This document shows positions 19,111 to 29,041 of a DNA stretch of 64,000 nt, one piece after another. The stretch's first letter is position 1, and the number at the start of each line of letters is the position of its first letter. The notes below the pieces were generated by a model, which was not told where the DNA came from, made no database searches, and worked only from the letters and a program-made list of their open reading frames with translations. This DNA comes from Fusobacterium sp. JB019 (GTDB taxonomy: Bacteria > Fusobacteriota > Fusobacteriia > Fusobacteriales > Fusobacteriaceae): assembly GCA_030673965.1 (NCBI GenBank), contig JAUTCN010000005.1:53344-117343 (forward strand). The letters run 5' to 3'. Both the position numbers and the translations under genes were made by a program.

Positions 19111-20308
19111 AAAATGTTAAAATATATTTTTTTTGTGGTCTGCCTCTAGGGATTTTTTTAATAATATGTTGAGCGAGATTATTGCTTTCTAATTTTAATA
19201 AAATTCTTGCAGCAGTTCTTTCAGTTGTACTTAAGTAGTTAGCTAAATCTTTTATTGATAAAGCTTTATTTGCTTTAAATACTTCAATTAATCCAAGAGC
19301 TCTTTTCCCTGTTATATTAATTTCTTTTAATTTTTCAAAAATTAGTAAGTTATCTTCTTCATCTGCAATAAAAGTTTTTAGAGTAGTTATTTTGTTTTCT
19401 TCAACTAAACATAAAACATTTCCATCAGAGTCTATATTTTTTTGATAAGATTTTTCAGCATAAATCCTAGCTAAATTTATACTAGATCCACCTCCAAAAC
19501 CGATATTAATATCAAAAGAAGATAAATTTTTTAAAAGTTTTTCTATGTTATAACTATAGAAATCTTTTTTTAAAGTAAGTATTTCAAATTCTTTCTTTTT
19601 TGGTTCACTAATAATTCCATTAAAATTATTAGCTAAAATTTTTCTAACTTCTGTAATGTTTTTCTTCACTAAAATTTTAATTAATATTATTTCTTTTTTT
19701 TCTGAATTTTTTGCTTTTAAATCAATTATAACTGAATTTACAATATTTCTGATTGTGTTTTTAGATGGGAATAAAAATATATAAGGCATATTGATTTCTT
19801 CTAAAAATTTAAGCATATTACTTATTCTTGTTATAACTAAATTTACTTTTTTCCCCTGCTGAAGTTTTAAATAGTTTTTCTTTAAAATATCATATAATTC
19901 TACACTGCTGTAGTCAAGAGGACAAAAAATAGGTTCTTTTTCATTAGTAAAAGTATCTTCTAACCATTCTTTTTTATCTGAAGATGATATGAAATCAATG
20001 TATACTTTCGAAAAATCGATATTAGGATTGCTTTTTAATACATCAAATAAACACCGATATAATTCATATTTATCTATTTCAATATAGTAGACAGGCGTTA
20101 TTAATTTAGCATTAGTGGTTATAATTTCATATCCTATGGGGCCACTTGTTATAACAGCGTCATATTTATGAGCAACTTCTATATAAATATTTTTAAGTTG
20201 TTGCAAGTCATCATAAACTATATATTCTATTTTTTGTTCAATACCAATTAAAGCTTCTTTAACATAATTTTTTGAATTTTCAGGAGTCAATATAAGTAAT
20301 TTTAGCAT
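19109..20308 (-). CDS. Uncharacterised transcriptional regulator with C-terminal winged HTH
   Basis: C-terminal DLANYLSTTERTAARILLKLE...RGRPQKKY; divergent from the AbgT/M20 operon; start moved to ATG 20308 (AGGAGGT SD). Confidence 0.7.
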   Translation of the reverse strand: MLKLLILTPENSKNYVKEALIGIEQKIEYIVYDDLQQLKNIYIEVAHKYDAVITSGPIGYEIITTNAKLITPVYYIEIDKYELYRCLFDVLKSNPNIDFSKVYIDFISSSDKKEWLEDTFTNEKEPIFCPLDYSSVELYDILKKNYLKLQQGKKVNLVITRISNMLKFLEEINMPYIFLFPSKNTIRNIVNSVIIDLKAKNSEKKEIILIKILVKKNITEVRKILANNFNGIISEPKKKEFEILTLKKDFYSYNIEKLLKNLSSFDINIGFGGGSSINLARIYAEKSYQKNIDSDGNVLCLVEENKITTLKTFIADEEDNLLIFEKLKEINITGKRALGLIEVFKANKALSIKDLANYLSTTERTAARILLKLESNNLAQHIIKKIPRGRPQKKYILTF

Positions 20309-20438
20309 TCTATACCTCCTCAATATTTTTAATAAACGTTTTACTAAATTATATACTAAAAAAAGAAAATAGTCTACTGAATAAGTTTTAATTATTAGTA
20401 TAAAATCATATCTTTTTTTAAAACGAAAAATAAAAACA

Positions 20439-20467
20439 TTGACAAATAAGACTTAGTAATATATAAT
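20439..20467 (+). promoter_or_regulatory. Consensus sigma70 promoter of the abgT-M20 operon
   Basis: TTGACA, 17 nt, TATAAT. Confidence 0.8.
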
Positions 20468-20536
20468 CGTAGCATTAAAAACAAGATGTCTTTAAAAATG
20501 TCTTAAAAGATCAAAAAGTACAGGGAGGTTATAATT

Positions 20537-22048
20537 ATGGGAGTAACACTGAAAAAGAAGCATAGTTTTTTAGATTGGGTAGAAAAGACAGGGAATAGAA
20601 TTCCTCATCCTTTTATATTGTTTAGCATTTTAACACTTAGTGTAATTATTATTTCAGCTATTTGCAATGTAATTGGATTAGAAATATTAGATCCAGTTAG
20701 TGGAAAAATGATAGGAATTAAGAATTTACTTTCAAGTGAAGGAATTCTTTTTATTTTGAAAAATTTAATTAAAAACTTTACTGGATTTGCACCACTTGGT
20801 TTAGTTTTAGTTATGACTTTAGGTATTGGACTTGCTGAAAAAGTTGGCTTTGTATCTTCTCTTATGAGAAATACCATCTTAAATAGTTCTCCTAAAATTA
20901 TAACTTTTATGATTATGATGATAGGAATTTGTGGAAATATAGCGTCAGATGCTGCCATAGTTGTAATTCCAGTGATATCAGCATTTATATTTTTATCTTT
21001 AAATAAGCATCCATTAGCAGGGATTGCAATAGGTTATGCTGCAACAACAGCTGGTTTTAGTGCTAACTTAATAATTGCTGGAACAGATGCCTTATTATCA
21101 GGAATTTCAACAGAAGCAGTTCATATAGTTAATCCTAATATGTCTGTATCAGTAGTTTCTAACTGGTATTTTATGATAGTTTCTACTTTTTTATTAGCGA
21201 TTGTAGGTACTTTTGTTTCTGAAAAAATTATTGAGCCAAGATTAGGAGAATATAAAGGAAGTAAAAAAATAGAACAAGAAGAAGTAAGTCCTTTAGAAAA
21301 GAAAGGATTAAGAGTTGCAGGAATATTATCTCTTGCTTATATAGTTCTTATAGGAATAGCAGTTTATCCTAAAAATAGTTTTTTTAGAAATCCAGTAACT
21401 CATTCTTTATTAAGATCACCATTTTTAAAATCAATCATACCATTACTTTTAGTGTTATTTTTGATTTGTGGTATTTCTTATGGTGTTATTGTTGGGAAAA
21501 TTAAATCATCTGGAGATGTTCCAAGATATATGGGATTAGCTATAAAAGATATGTCTTCTTATATAGTTTTAGTATTTATGATTGGTCAATTTATAGCATT
21601 TTTTAAATGGAGCAATATGGGATATGTTATTGCTGTTGCAGGAGCAAATTTTTTAAAAAGTATGAATATTAGTGGAGTTCCTTTATTTATAGCTTTTATT
21701 CTTTTATCAGCATTTATAAATTTGTTTATAGGAAGTGGATCTGCAAAGTGGGCATTATTAGCTCCTATATTTATTCCGATGTTTTATTTCTTAGGATATA
21801 ATCCAGCATTAACACAAGTTTTGTATAGAGTTGGAGATTCTACAACAAATATTATATCGCCATTATTTCCTTATATGCCTATAATATTAGCTTTAGCTCA
21901 AGAATATGATGAAGAATCAGGAATGGGAACTATGATATCTTTAATGCTTCCTTATTCAATAGGAATGTTAATTATGTGGGTTATTTTAGCCATTGTTTGG
22001 TTTAGTTTAAATATTCCATTAGGACCAGGAGTAACAATGTTTATTTAG
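20537..22048 (+). CDS. AbgT family transporter
   Basis: VEKTGNRIPHPF, NFTGFAPLG, AGFSAN, GSAKWA, YRVGDSTTNIISP, GTMIS.MLPYS. Confidence 0.92.
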   Translation: MGVTLKKKHSFLDWVEKTGNRIPHPFILFSILTLSVIIISAICNVIGLEILDPVSGKMIGIKNLLSSEGILFILKNLIKNFTGFAPLGLVLVMTLGIGLAEKVGFVSSLMRNTILNSSPKIITFMIMMIGICGNIASDAAIVVIPVISAFIFLSLNKHPLAGIAIGYAATTAGFSANLIIAGTDALLSGISTEAVHIVNPNMSVSVVSNWYFMIVSTFLLAIVGTFVSEKIIEPRLGEYKGSKKIEQEEVSPLEKKGLRVAGILSLAYIVLIGIAVYPKNSFFRNPVTHSLLRSPFLKSIIPLLLVLFLICGISYGVIVGKIKSSGDVPRYMGLAIKDMSSYIVLVFMIGQFIAFFKWSNMGYVIAVAGANFLKSMNISGVPLFIAFILLSAFINLFIGSGSAKWALLAPIFIPMFYFLGYNPALTQVLYRVGDSTTNIISPLFPYMPIILALAQEYDEESGMGTMISLMLPYSIGMLIMWVILAIVWFSLNIPLGPGVTMFI

Positions 22049-22057
22049 GAGGGAATT

Positions 22058-23263
22058 ATGAAATTTTCTGAAATAGAAGAAGTGATAGATAGTTATATTG
22101 AAGAAGTAATTTGTTTTAGAAGAGATTTACATGAATATCCTGAGCTTGGAGGGAAAGAAAAAAGAACTCCTTTGAAAGTTTTGGAAGCCTTAAGAAGGTT
22201 ACCTTTAGAAATAAAAGAAAATGTTGGAGCGAACGGTATCGTAGCCAATTTATTTGGAAATGAAAAAACCGGAAATAAGAAAACTATACTTATTAGGGGA
22301 GATATGGATGCGTTGCCTATTCAAGAAGAAAATAATTTGACTTTTATTTCAAAAAATAAGGGAGTTATGCATGCTTGTGGCCATGATATGCATACTTCAA
22401 TGGTACTTGGAACGGCAATGGTTCTTTCAAAATTTAAAGACAAATTAAAAGGTAATGTTAAATTTATGTTTCAACCTGCAGAAGAATGCTCTCCAACTGG
22501 AGGAAGTAGAGGGATGATGGATGCAGGGCTGTTAATAAATCCTAGTGTTGATGAAGCTTATGCTTTGCACGTATATAATAGTCCTGTGGGAAGTATTTCT
22601 TTTAGACCTGGAGTCGCAAATGCAAAATCAGATGCAATTCAGATTCATATAAAGGGAAAAAGTAGTCATGGATCTATGCCATCTCAAGGTAGAGATGCTA
22701 TTGTAACAGCAGCTAATATTATTATGGCAATTCAAACTATAGTTAGTAGAAATTTAGAGTCAGGAGAAAATGCAGTTGTTACAATTGGAAAAATGTCAGG
22801 TGGAAATAGGTATAATGTGATAGCTGATTATGTTATACTAGAAGGGACAGTAAGAGTTTTTAGTGATGAATCAGCATTAATTATAAAAAAGAGATTACAC
22901 AAACTTGTTAATGATATTTGTTCTGCTTATGGATGTGAGGGTAAATTAATTTATAAAGATGGGTATGATTTTATGTATAATGATTTAGAACTTTCAAAAG
23001 AGGTTATAAATTCACTTACTCCATTAATAGGAAGGGAAAATATTGAAATACAAAAGACTCCTTCTCCAGGAGGAGAAGATTTTTCTTTTATAACTAAAAA
23101 AGTTCCTTCTGTATTTATGTGGATTGGAACAGAGTCAAACATTAATGAAGGAAAATGCATTCTTCATAATCCTAATTTTATAGCTGACGAGGCTACTTTA
23201 AAAGAAGGAATAAAAATTTTTACTAAAATAATATTAGATAGATTTAAAAATTTAGAAGATTAG
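22058..23263 (+). CDS. M20 family amidohydrolase
   Basis: RRDLHEYPEL, RGDMDALP, MHACGHD, FQPAEE, GEDF, H. Confidence 0.9.
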   Translation: MKFSEIEEVIDSYIEEVICFRRDLHEYPELGGKEKRTPLKVLEALRRLPLEIKENVGANGIVANLFGNEKTGNKKTILIRGDMDALPIQEENNLTFISKNKGVMHACGHDMHTSMVLGTAMVLSKFKDKLKGNVKFMFQPAEECSPTGGSRGMMDAGLLINPSVDEAYALHVYNSPVGSISFRPGVANAKSDAIQIHIKGKSSHGSMPSQGRDAIVTAANIIMAIQTIVSRNLESGENAVVTIGKMSGGNRYNVIADYVILEGTVRVFSDESALIIKKRLHKLVNDICSAYGCEGKLIYKDGYDFMYNDLELSKEVINSLTPLIGRENIEIQKTPSPGGEDFSFITKKVPSVFMWIGTESNINEGKCILHNPNFIADEATLKEGIKIFTKIILDRFKNLED

Positions 23264-23275
23264 AGGAGAATTTAT

Positions 23276-24409
23276 ATGGATGATTTTTATATTAAAGTAA
23301 GAAGTGATTTGCATAAAATTCCAGAAATTGCATTTAGTGAACACAAAACAGCTGCATATATTAGAAATTTTTTAGATGAATTAAATATTGAATATATTGA
23401 AATAGGAACTAGTACCCTTGCTGTTTTTAAAGGAAAAAAAGATATTTGGGTAGGGTTTAGAGGAGATATAGATGCTCTTCCAATTACAGAATTAGGAGAT
23501 AAAGAATATAAGTCTCAGTATAAGGGAATGATGCATGCTTGTGGTCATGATGGACATACTACAAATTTACTTTATACAGCAAAATGGTTACAAGAACAAA
23601 TTAAGAATGGAAAAACTTTGAATAAATCAATAATGTTAATATTTCAAGCAGCAGAAGAAGGAAGAGGAGGAGCTCAAGTAGTAGCTCAGTCAGAATTCTT
23701 TCAGTCTAAAAAATTTGAAGGATTATTTGCATTACACGTTGCTCCTGATATAGATCAAGGGAAAATTGGTTGTATTTGTGGACCAATATCTTTTCAGAAT
23801 ATAAATTTCGATATAAGAATTATAGGAAAGGGAACTCATGGAGCTCAGCCTCATAAGGGGATAGATTCAATATATATTGGAGCTAAATTAATAGAAGCTT
23901 ATCAATTATTAGTTGCAAGAGAAATAGATCCAATAGAGCCAATGGTTTTAACAATTGGAAGTTTTAAAGCAGGAGAAGTTAGAAATGTTATTCCTGAAAA
24001 AGTTGAAATTTTAGGAACAATTAGATTTGCTAATACAGGATTAATAGATTTTTTAGAAAAAAGAGTTAAAGAAATAAATGCTGGTTTTGAAAAAGCTTAT
24101 GGAATAAAAATAGAGATGATGTTTAAGGCTTTTTATCCACCTGTAATTAATGAAAAAAAATTCTTTGATATTTTAAAAGAAATAATTCCAAAAGAAAAAT
24201 TTGTAGATAATTCTAGATTAACAGGTTCAGAAGATTTTTCTTTCTATCTTCAAGAGGGGAATAAGGGATTATTATTTTTATTAGGAATAAAGACAGAAAA
24301 ATTTAATTCTGCTTTACATACACCAACATTTGATATGGATCCAAGAGCTTTGAAATTAGGTTTTAAAATATTTAAAGAAATAATGTTAAAGTTAGAGGTC
24401 TTTAAGTAA
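23276..24409 (+). CDS. M20 family amidohydrolase
   Basis: RSDLHKIPE, RGDIDALP, MHACGHD, FQAAEEG, SEDF, LHTP. Confidence 0.9.
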   Translation: MDDFYIKVRSDLHKIPEIAFSEHKTAAYIRNFLDELNIEYIEIGTSTLAVFKGKKDIWVGFRGDIDALPITELGDKEYKSQYKGMMHACGHDGHTTNLLYTAKWLQEQIKNGKTLNKSIMLIFQAAEEGRGGAQVVAQSEFFQSKKFEGLFALHVAPDIDQGKIGCICGPISFQNINFDIRIIGKGTHGAQPHKGIDSIYIGAKLIEAYQLLVAREIDPIEPMVLTIGSFKAGEVRNVIPEKVEILGTIRFANTGLIDFLEKRVKEINAGFEKAYGIKIEMMFKAFYPPVINEKKFFDILKEIIPKEKFVDNSRLTGSEDFSFYLQEGNKGLLFLLGIKTEKFNSALHTPTFDMDPRALKLGFKIFKEIMLKLEVFK

Positions 24410-24417
24410 AAAGAGAG

Positions 24418-24439
24418 ACAAGATACTTAAGTATCTTGT
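24418..24439 (+). terminator. Terminator (22-bp spacer-less palindrome)
   Basis: ACAAGATACTT|AAGTATCTTGT plus T tract. Confidence 0.75.
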
Positions 24440-24504
24440 TTTTTTTGTGAAAAAAATAAGGAATGGTGGTATAATTTTTATGTGATATATTAAGGAGGTA
24501 TTTT

Positions 24505-25119
24505 ATGAAAAAGATAATTTATGTATATATTTTAAATGCTATGGCAGATTGGGAATTAGGTTATGTTATGTCAGCTGTAAGTATGGAGATAAATGATGAA
24601 TATTGTATAAAAACTGTGGCATGTAATAAGAATACTATTACTACTTTGGGAGGATTTAAAATTATTCCAGATTGTTCAGTAGAAGAAATTGATGAAAGTA
24701 ATATGAAAGCTCTTCTTATTCCTGGTGGAGATACTTGGGGAAATCCAGAGCACGAAGAGATACTATCAAGGGTTAGAGGGTATTTAGAAAAAGGTATTTT
24801 AGTTGGTGCTATTTGTGGCGCAACTCTTTCTTTAGCTAATTTAGGAATATTGAATGAATATTTACATACAAGCAATTCTAAAGAATATTTAAAACTTTTT
24901 TCAAAAAAATATACAGGAGAAGAACTTTATAAAGATAAATTAGCCGTAAGAGACAGAAATTTAGTTACAGGAAGTTCAGCTGGTTCTCTATTGTGGGCAA
25001 AAGAAATTTTACAATATTTAAATGTTTTTTCAAATGAAATAATAGAAGCTTGGTATAATTATTATTTAACAGGAGATCCTAAGTACTATTTAGAAATGTT
25101 AGCTCTATCAAATAATTAA
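24505..25119 (+). CDS. DJ-1/PfpI family protein
   Basis: ADWELG, LLIPGG..W, GAICGA (Cys nucleophile). Confidence 0.88.
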   Translation: MKKIIYVYILNAMADWELGYVMSAVSMEINDEYCIKTVACNKNTITTLGGFKIIPDCSVEEIDESNMKALLIPGGDTWGNPEHEEILSRVRGYLEKGILVGAICGATLSLANLGILNEYLHTSNSKEYLKLFSKKYTGEELYKDKLAVRDRNLVTGSSAGSLLWAKEILQYLNVFSNEIIEAWYNYYLTGDPKYYLEMLALSNN

Positions 25120-25126
25120 AAAAGGG

Positions 25127-25173
25127 ACACCTGCTATTACTAAATCTTGGAGTGAAAGAGTAATAGCAGGTGT
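25127..25173. repeat. 15-bp perfect inverted repeat with a 17-nt loop between convergent genes
   Basis: ACACCTGCTATTACT ... AGTAATAGCAGGTGT. Confidence 0.8.
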
Positions 25174-25190
25174 TTAACGTAAAAGTGAAG

Positions 25191-26495
25191 TTATCTAAAT
25201 TGAGGAAGATAATCAATATTCTTCCGAATGATCTCATCTAAAAGATCTTTTGCTACACTACTTTCAACTAAAGGATGAATTAGCATAGCTTGAAGTGCGC
25301 TACCATAATCTCCATGAACACCAGCTTCAACAACTAAAGTTTCATATTCGTTTACAACTTGAATTAAACCTTTAACTTTAGATGGAAGAGGGGAACAAGT
25401 AAATGGATGAGCACCAGCCTTATCAACATAACAAGTTCTTTCAATTGCTGATTCATTAGGTAAGCAACTGACAGTACCGTTGTTTTTTATATTTACATAA
25501 TGAATTGTTCCTTTATCATTATAAATTGCATTTATCAAATCGCAAGCAGCTTCAGAATAATATTGTCCTCCTCTTTCTTCTAACTGCTTAGGTTTTTCTT
25601 TTAATTCAGGATTTTTATATAGTTCAAATAATTCTTTTTCAACTTTTTTTACTACTTCTCCTCTAGTACCAATTGTTTTAGCACTTTCCATTTCTTCTTT
25701 TAACATAATATTAGTTAAATAATAATATCTATGATAAGGGCAAGGAATCATATGAAGAGATTCTAATAACTCTTTTCCCCAATTAATATCAGGAATATTT
25801 TTAGCAGAATATCCTTTACCAGAAATTAAAGCTTTAATAACATCGTCTATTCTACTTTCTCCATTTGAAATAACATCTTTTGCCCAAACTAAATGATTCA
25901 AACCTACTAAATCCATTTTTATTTTATCCATAGGAGTTTCAAGAGCTTCACTACAGAGTCTTTCCATTAAAATAGGAACATTGCAAAGTCCAATACATTT
26001 TACATTAGTGTATTTATTTACAGTTTCAGTTATAATTCCACTTGGATTTGTAAAGTTAATAAGCCAAGCTTTAGGAGATAATTCTTCAATATCTTTACAG
26101 ATATCAAGGATTATAGGAATAGTTCGAAGAGCTTTTGCAAGTCCTCCTGCTCCAGTGGTTTCTTGTCCAATGCAATTATATTTTAAAGGTATTTTTTCAT
26201 CTCTAATTCTAGCATCAAGTAATCCAACTCTAAACTGGGTTGTAACAAAGTCAGCACCTTTAATGGCTTTTTTTCTATTTAGAGTTAAGTGAATATTTAT
26301 ATTTATATTAGCTTTTTCAATCATTCTTTTAGCTAAATTACCAACTATATTTAATTTTTCTTTTCCTTCTTCAATATCAACTAAATATAAATCTTTAATT
26401 GGAAGTTCTTTATATCTATTTATAAATCCTTCAATAATTTCAGGGGTATAGCTACTACCTCCTCCTATTATTGCAATTTTTAATTCTTTTTTCAT
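25191..26495 (-). CDS. GH4 6-phospho-beta-glucosidase (ChbF/LicH-like)
   Basis: IIGGGSSYTPE, GQETTGAGG, NFTNPSG, GLCNVP, GLNH, ERGGQYYS. Confidence 0.9.
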   Translation of the reverse strand: MKKELKIAIIGGGSSYTPEIIEGFINRYKELPIKDLYLVDIEEGKEKLNIVGNLAKRMIEKANININIHLTLNRKKAIKGADFVTTQFRVGLLDARIRDEKIPLKYNCIGQETTGAGGLAKALRTIPIILDICKDIEELSPKAWLINFTNPSGIITETVNKYTNVKCIGLCNVPILMERLCSEALETPMDKIKMDLVGLNHLVWAKDVISNGESRIDDVIKALISGKGYSAKNIPDINWGKELLESLHMIPCPYHRYYYLTNIMLKEEMESAKTIGTRGEVVKKVEKELFELYKNPELKEKPKQLEERGGQYYSEAACDLINAIYNDKGTIHYVNIKNNGTVSCLPNESAIERTCYVDKAGAHPFTCSPLPSKVKGLIQVVNEYETLVVEAGVHGDYGSALQAMLIHPLVESSVAKDLLDEIIRKNIDYLPQFR

Positions 26496-26510
26496 AATAT
26501 CACCTCATGA

Positions 26511-27836
26511 TTATTTAAGTTCAGGGAAATATCCTTTGTTAGCAACAATTAAAGCATCTAAAACTTCCTTAGCTTTAGAAACAGAAGGAACAGTTTTATT
26601 TAATGAAAGAGCTTTTAATGCTTTATCGTAAGATCCTTCTAAAGCTGCTTCTACAGTTAATTTTTCATAGGTATTTTGGTTAATCATAAGTGCTCTATAA
26701 AATTGAGGTATTTTTCTATAAGTATTTACGCATGCTCCTTTTGCATCAATAGTACCAAAAGTTTCAATAACAATATCGTCGTCCATATTTGTAAATGCTT
26801 TATTATTAACGACATTTACCATAAATCTTTTAGGAGTATCAGTTGCAATTGCAACTGCTTGATCAACAATAAAATCTCCATGAGCATCTAAATTATGGTC
26901 AAATCCTTTAATAGTTCCAGCTTTAATAACTTTATAGCATTCTTCAAATACTTTTTTTCTTCTACCATCCATAACTTCGTTGGCTCTAGTATAATCAGCA
27001 TGTTCTTTTTCTTTTTCAGCCATAGAATCAGGGAAATAATAATATTGTAAATAAGTTAAAGGAATATATTCAGGGAACATCTTAACTCCTTTAGCAATAT
27101 TTTCAAATGTTTTAATCCAACTTTCATCAAGATGTCCAAAATCAACTAATTTTAATTTATATCCAGATAAAAGAATATCTCTTAATTTAGGAAGAAGTTC
27201 TTCTCCTTCTTTATTTTTAATAGAAGTGAACCAACCAAAATGATTTAAACCAAAGTATTCGAAAATTAAATCTTCTTCTTTGTATCCAAGGGTAGCAGCC
27301 ATTGTCATTTGCTGAACTATAGGCATATCACATATAAATAAAGATTTAGATTCAGGAACTTCTCTTCTGATAGCTTCAGCTAAAATAGGAAGAGGATTAG
27401 AATAATTTATTATCCAAGCATCTTTAGCATATTTTATAGCATCTTTAGTTATTTCAATCATAGGTTTAATGCTTCTCATAGCAAAAGCAAAACCTCCAGG
27501 ACCACAAGTTTCTTGTCCTACTAGTCCACAATTTATAGATACTTTTTCATCTTGTTCTCTCATTTCAAGACCACCAGTTCTAATTTGAGTAAAAATAAAG
27601 TCAACTCCTTTAAAAGCTTTTTTTCTAGAAGTTGTCCATTTTACATCTGCTGGAAATTTCTCATCTCTAAATAATATTTCTAAATATTCACCCATAACAT
27701 CTAATTTTTCTTCATCAATATCTTGTAATATAATTTCTTTAATAGGCATTTTATCATATGCATTCATAATACTTCTAACAATTCCAGGAGTATAACTGCT
27801 GGCACCCCCAACTATAGCAATTGAATATTTTTTCAT
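26511..27836 (-). CDS. GH4 6-phospho-alpha-glucosidase family
   Basis: GQETCGPGG, NYSNP, ICDMP, GLNHFGW, YTRANEVMDGR. Confidence 0.88.
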   Translation of the reverse strand: MKKYSIAIVGGASSYTPGIVRSIMNAYDKMPIKEIILQDIDEEKLDVMGEYLEILFRDEKFPADVKWTTSRKKAFKGVDFIFTQIRTGGLEMREQDEKVSINCGLVGQETCGPGGFAFAMRSIKPMIEITKDAIKYAKDAWIINYSNPLPILAEAIRREVPESKSLFICDMPIVQQMTMAATLGYKEEDLIFEYFGLNHFGWFTSIKNKEGEELLPKLRDILLSGYKLKLVDFGHLDESWIKTFENIAKGVKMFPEYIPLTYLQYYYFPDSMAEKEKEHADYTRANEVMDGRRKKVFEECYKVIKAGTIKGFDHNLDAHGDFIVDQAVAIATDTPKRFMVNVVNNKAFTNMDDDIVIETFGTIDAKGACVNTYRKIPQFYRALMINQNTYEKLTVEAALEGSYDKALKALSLNKTVPSVSKAKEVLDALIVANKGYFPELK

Positions 27837-27869
27837 ATTTTTTCCTCCTTACAAACTTTTAAATGGATG

Positions 27870-27925
27870 GGTGGTGTATACCACTCTTGTAAGTAAAATA
27901 TATCATAGTTTTAAAAAAATTTCAA
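27870..27925 (-). promoter_or_regulatory. Promoter and dre-like operator of the GH4 pair
   Basis: TTGAAA (27925-27920), 17 nt, TGa-TATATT (27902-27897), then AGTGGTATACACCACC (27885-27870). Confidence 0.6.
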
Positions 27926-27951
27926 ATATTTTTTTATTTAAAAAAAAATTA

Positions 27952-27997
27952 TTGATAAATTTCACAAGCTGTGTTATAGTAACTACTACAGTAGTTA
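27952..27997 (+). promoter_or_regulatory. Promoter and palindromic operator upstream of azlC
   Basis: TTGATA, 17 nt, TATAGT, overlapped by TAACTACT-ac-AGTAGTTA (27980-27997). Confidence 0.6.
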
Positions 27998-28018
27998 ACA
28001 AAAAATATTGGAGGGAAT

Positions 28019-28723
28019 ATGGAAAGTTTAAAAAAATGTAATTTTCGTGATGCTATAACAGATGGGACACCAATAGTTATAGGATTTATACCTATTGCAA
28101 TGGCATTTGGAATTTTATGTAAGTCAGCAAATCTAAGTTTAGCTGAAAGCGTGAGTTTTTCATTGTTTGTTTTTGCAGGAGCTAGTCAGTTTATAGCTGT
28201 AAATTTATTAATAGCAGGAGCTAGTATGGGGGAAATATTATTAACAACTTTACTTGTTAATATGAGGCATGTATTGTTTTCAGCATCTATTTCTCCCAAA
28301 ATTAGTTTAGAAATGAAAAACAAGATACCGTTTATAGCTTTTGGCCTAACAGATGAAACATTTTCAGTAGCTTCTTTAAAAAATAAAGAGTTAACAAGTA
28401 AATATATGTTAGTTTTAGAAGGGATGGCTTATTCTTCTTTTATAATAGGAACTTTTTTAGGATATGTATTAGGAGGAATTTTACCAAAAATAGTACAAAC
28501 TAGTATGGGGATAGCTTTATATTCATTATTTGTAGCTATATTAATTCCAGCTTTAAAAAAATCGAATAAAATATTAATTTTAGTTTTATTATCAGGGATT
28601 ATGAATACTGTTTTAACTAAAGTAATTCATCTTGCTCAAGGTTGGAGTATAGTAGTGACTATATTATTTGTTTCATTTTTAGGCTTAGTTATTTCTTCAT
28701 CAAAGGAGGAGATAAATGAATAA
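28019..28723 (+). CDS. azlC: AzlC family amino-acid exporter
   Basis: PIVIGFIPIAMAFG, VFAGASQF, LVNMRH, LTDETF. Confidence 0.9.
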   Translation: MESLKKCNFRDAITDGTPIVIGFIPIAMAFGILCKSANLSLAESVSFSLFVFAGASQFIAVNLLIAGASMGEILLTTLLVNMRHVLFSASISPKISLEMKNKIPFIAFGLTDETFSVASLKNKELTSKYMLVLEGMAYSSFIIGTFLGYVLGGILPKIVQTSMGIALYSLFVAILIPALKKSNKILILVLLSGIMNTVLTKVIHLAQGWSIVVTILFVSFLGLVISSSKEEINE

Positions 28724-29024
28724 GATATATGTTTTGATTTTAGGAATGTTTGTGGTAACATATTTACCTAGGCTATTACCTTTTTTATTGGTCTCAGGAA
28801 AAAGATTACCAAAACAATTAGAAGAATTTTTAGGGTATATTCCTTATACAGCTTTAGGTGCTCTTATTGTTCCTGGTTTTTTAGATGCTATACCAAATCA
28901 TGAAATAGTTTCAATAGCAGGAATAATTATAGCTTGTGTACTTTCTTTTATAAAAGATGGAATTGTTATTCCTGTGCTCGGGTCAATAGGAATTTGTATG
29001 CTATTATTAAGTCTAGGATTATAA
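28716..29024 (+). CDS. azlD: AzlD family protein
   Basis: VTYLPRLLPF, YIPYTALGAL; overlaps the azlC stop. Confidence 0.85.
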   Translation: MNKIYVLILGMFVVTYLPRLLPFLLVSGKRLPKQLEEFLGYIPYTALGALIVPGFLDAIPNHEIVSIAGIIIACVLSFIKDGIVIPVLGSIGICMLLLSLGL

Positions 29025-29041
29025 TTATAGGAGAATGATTT

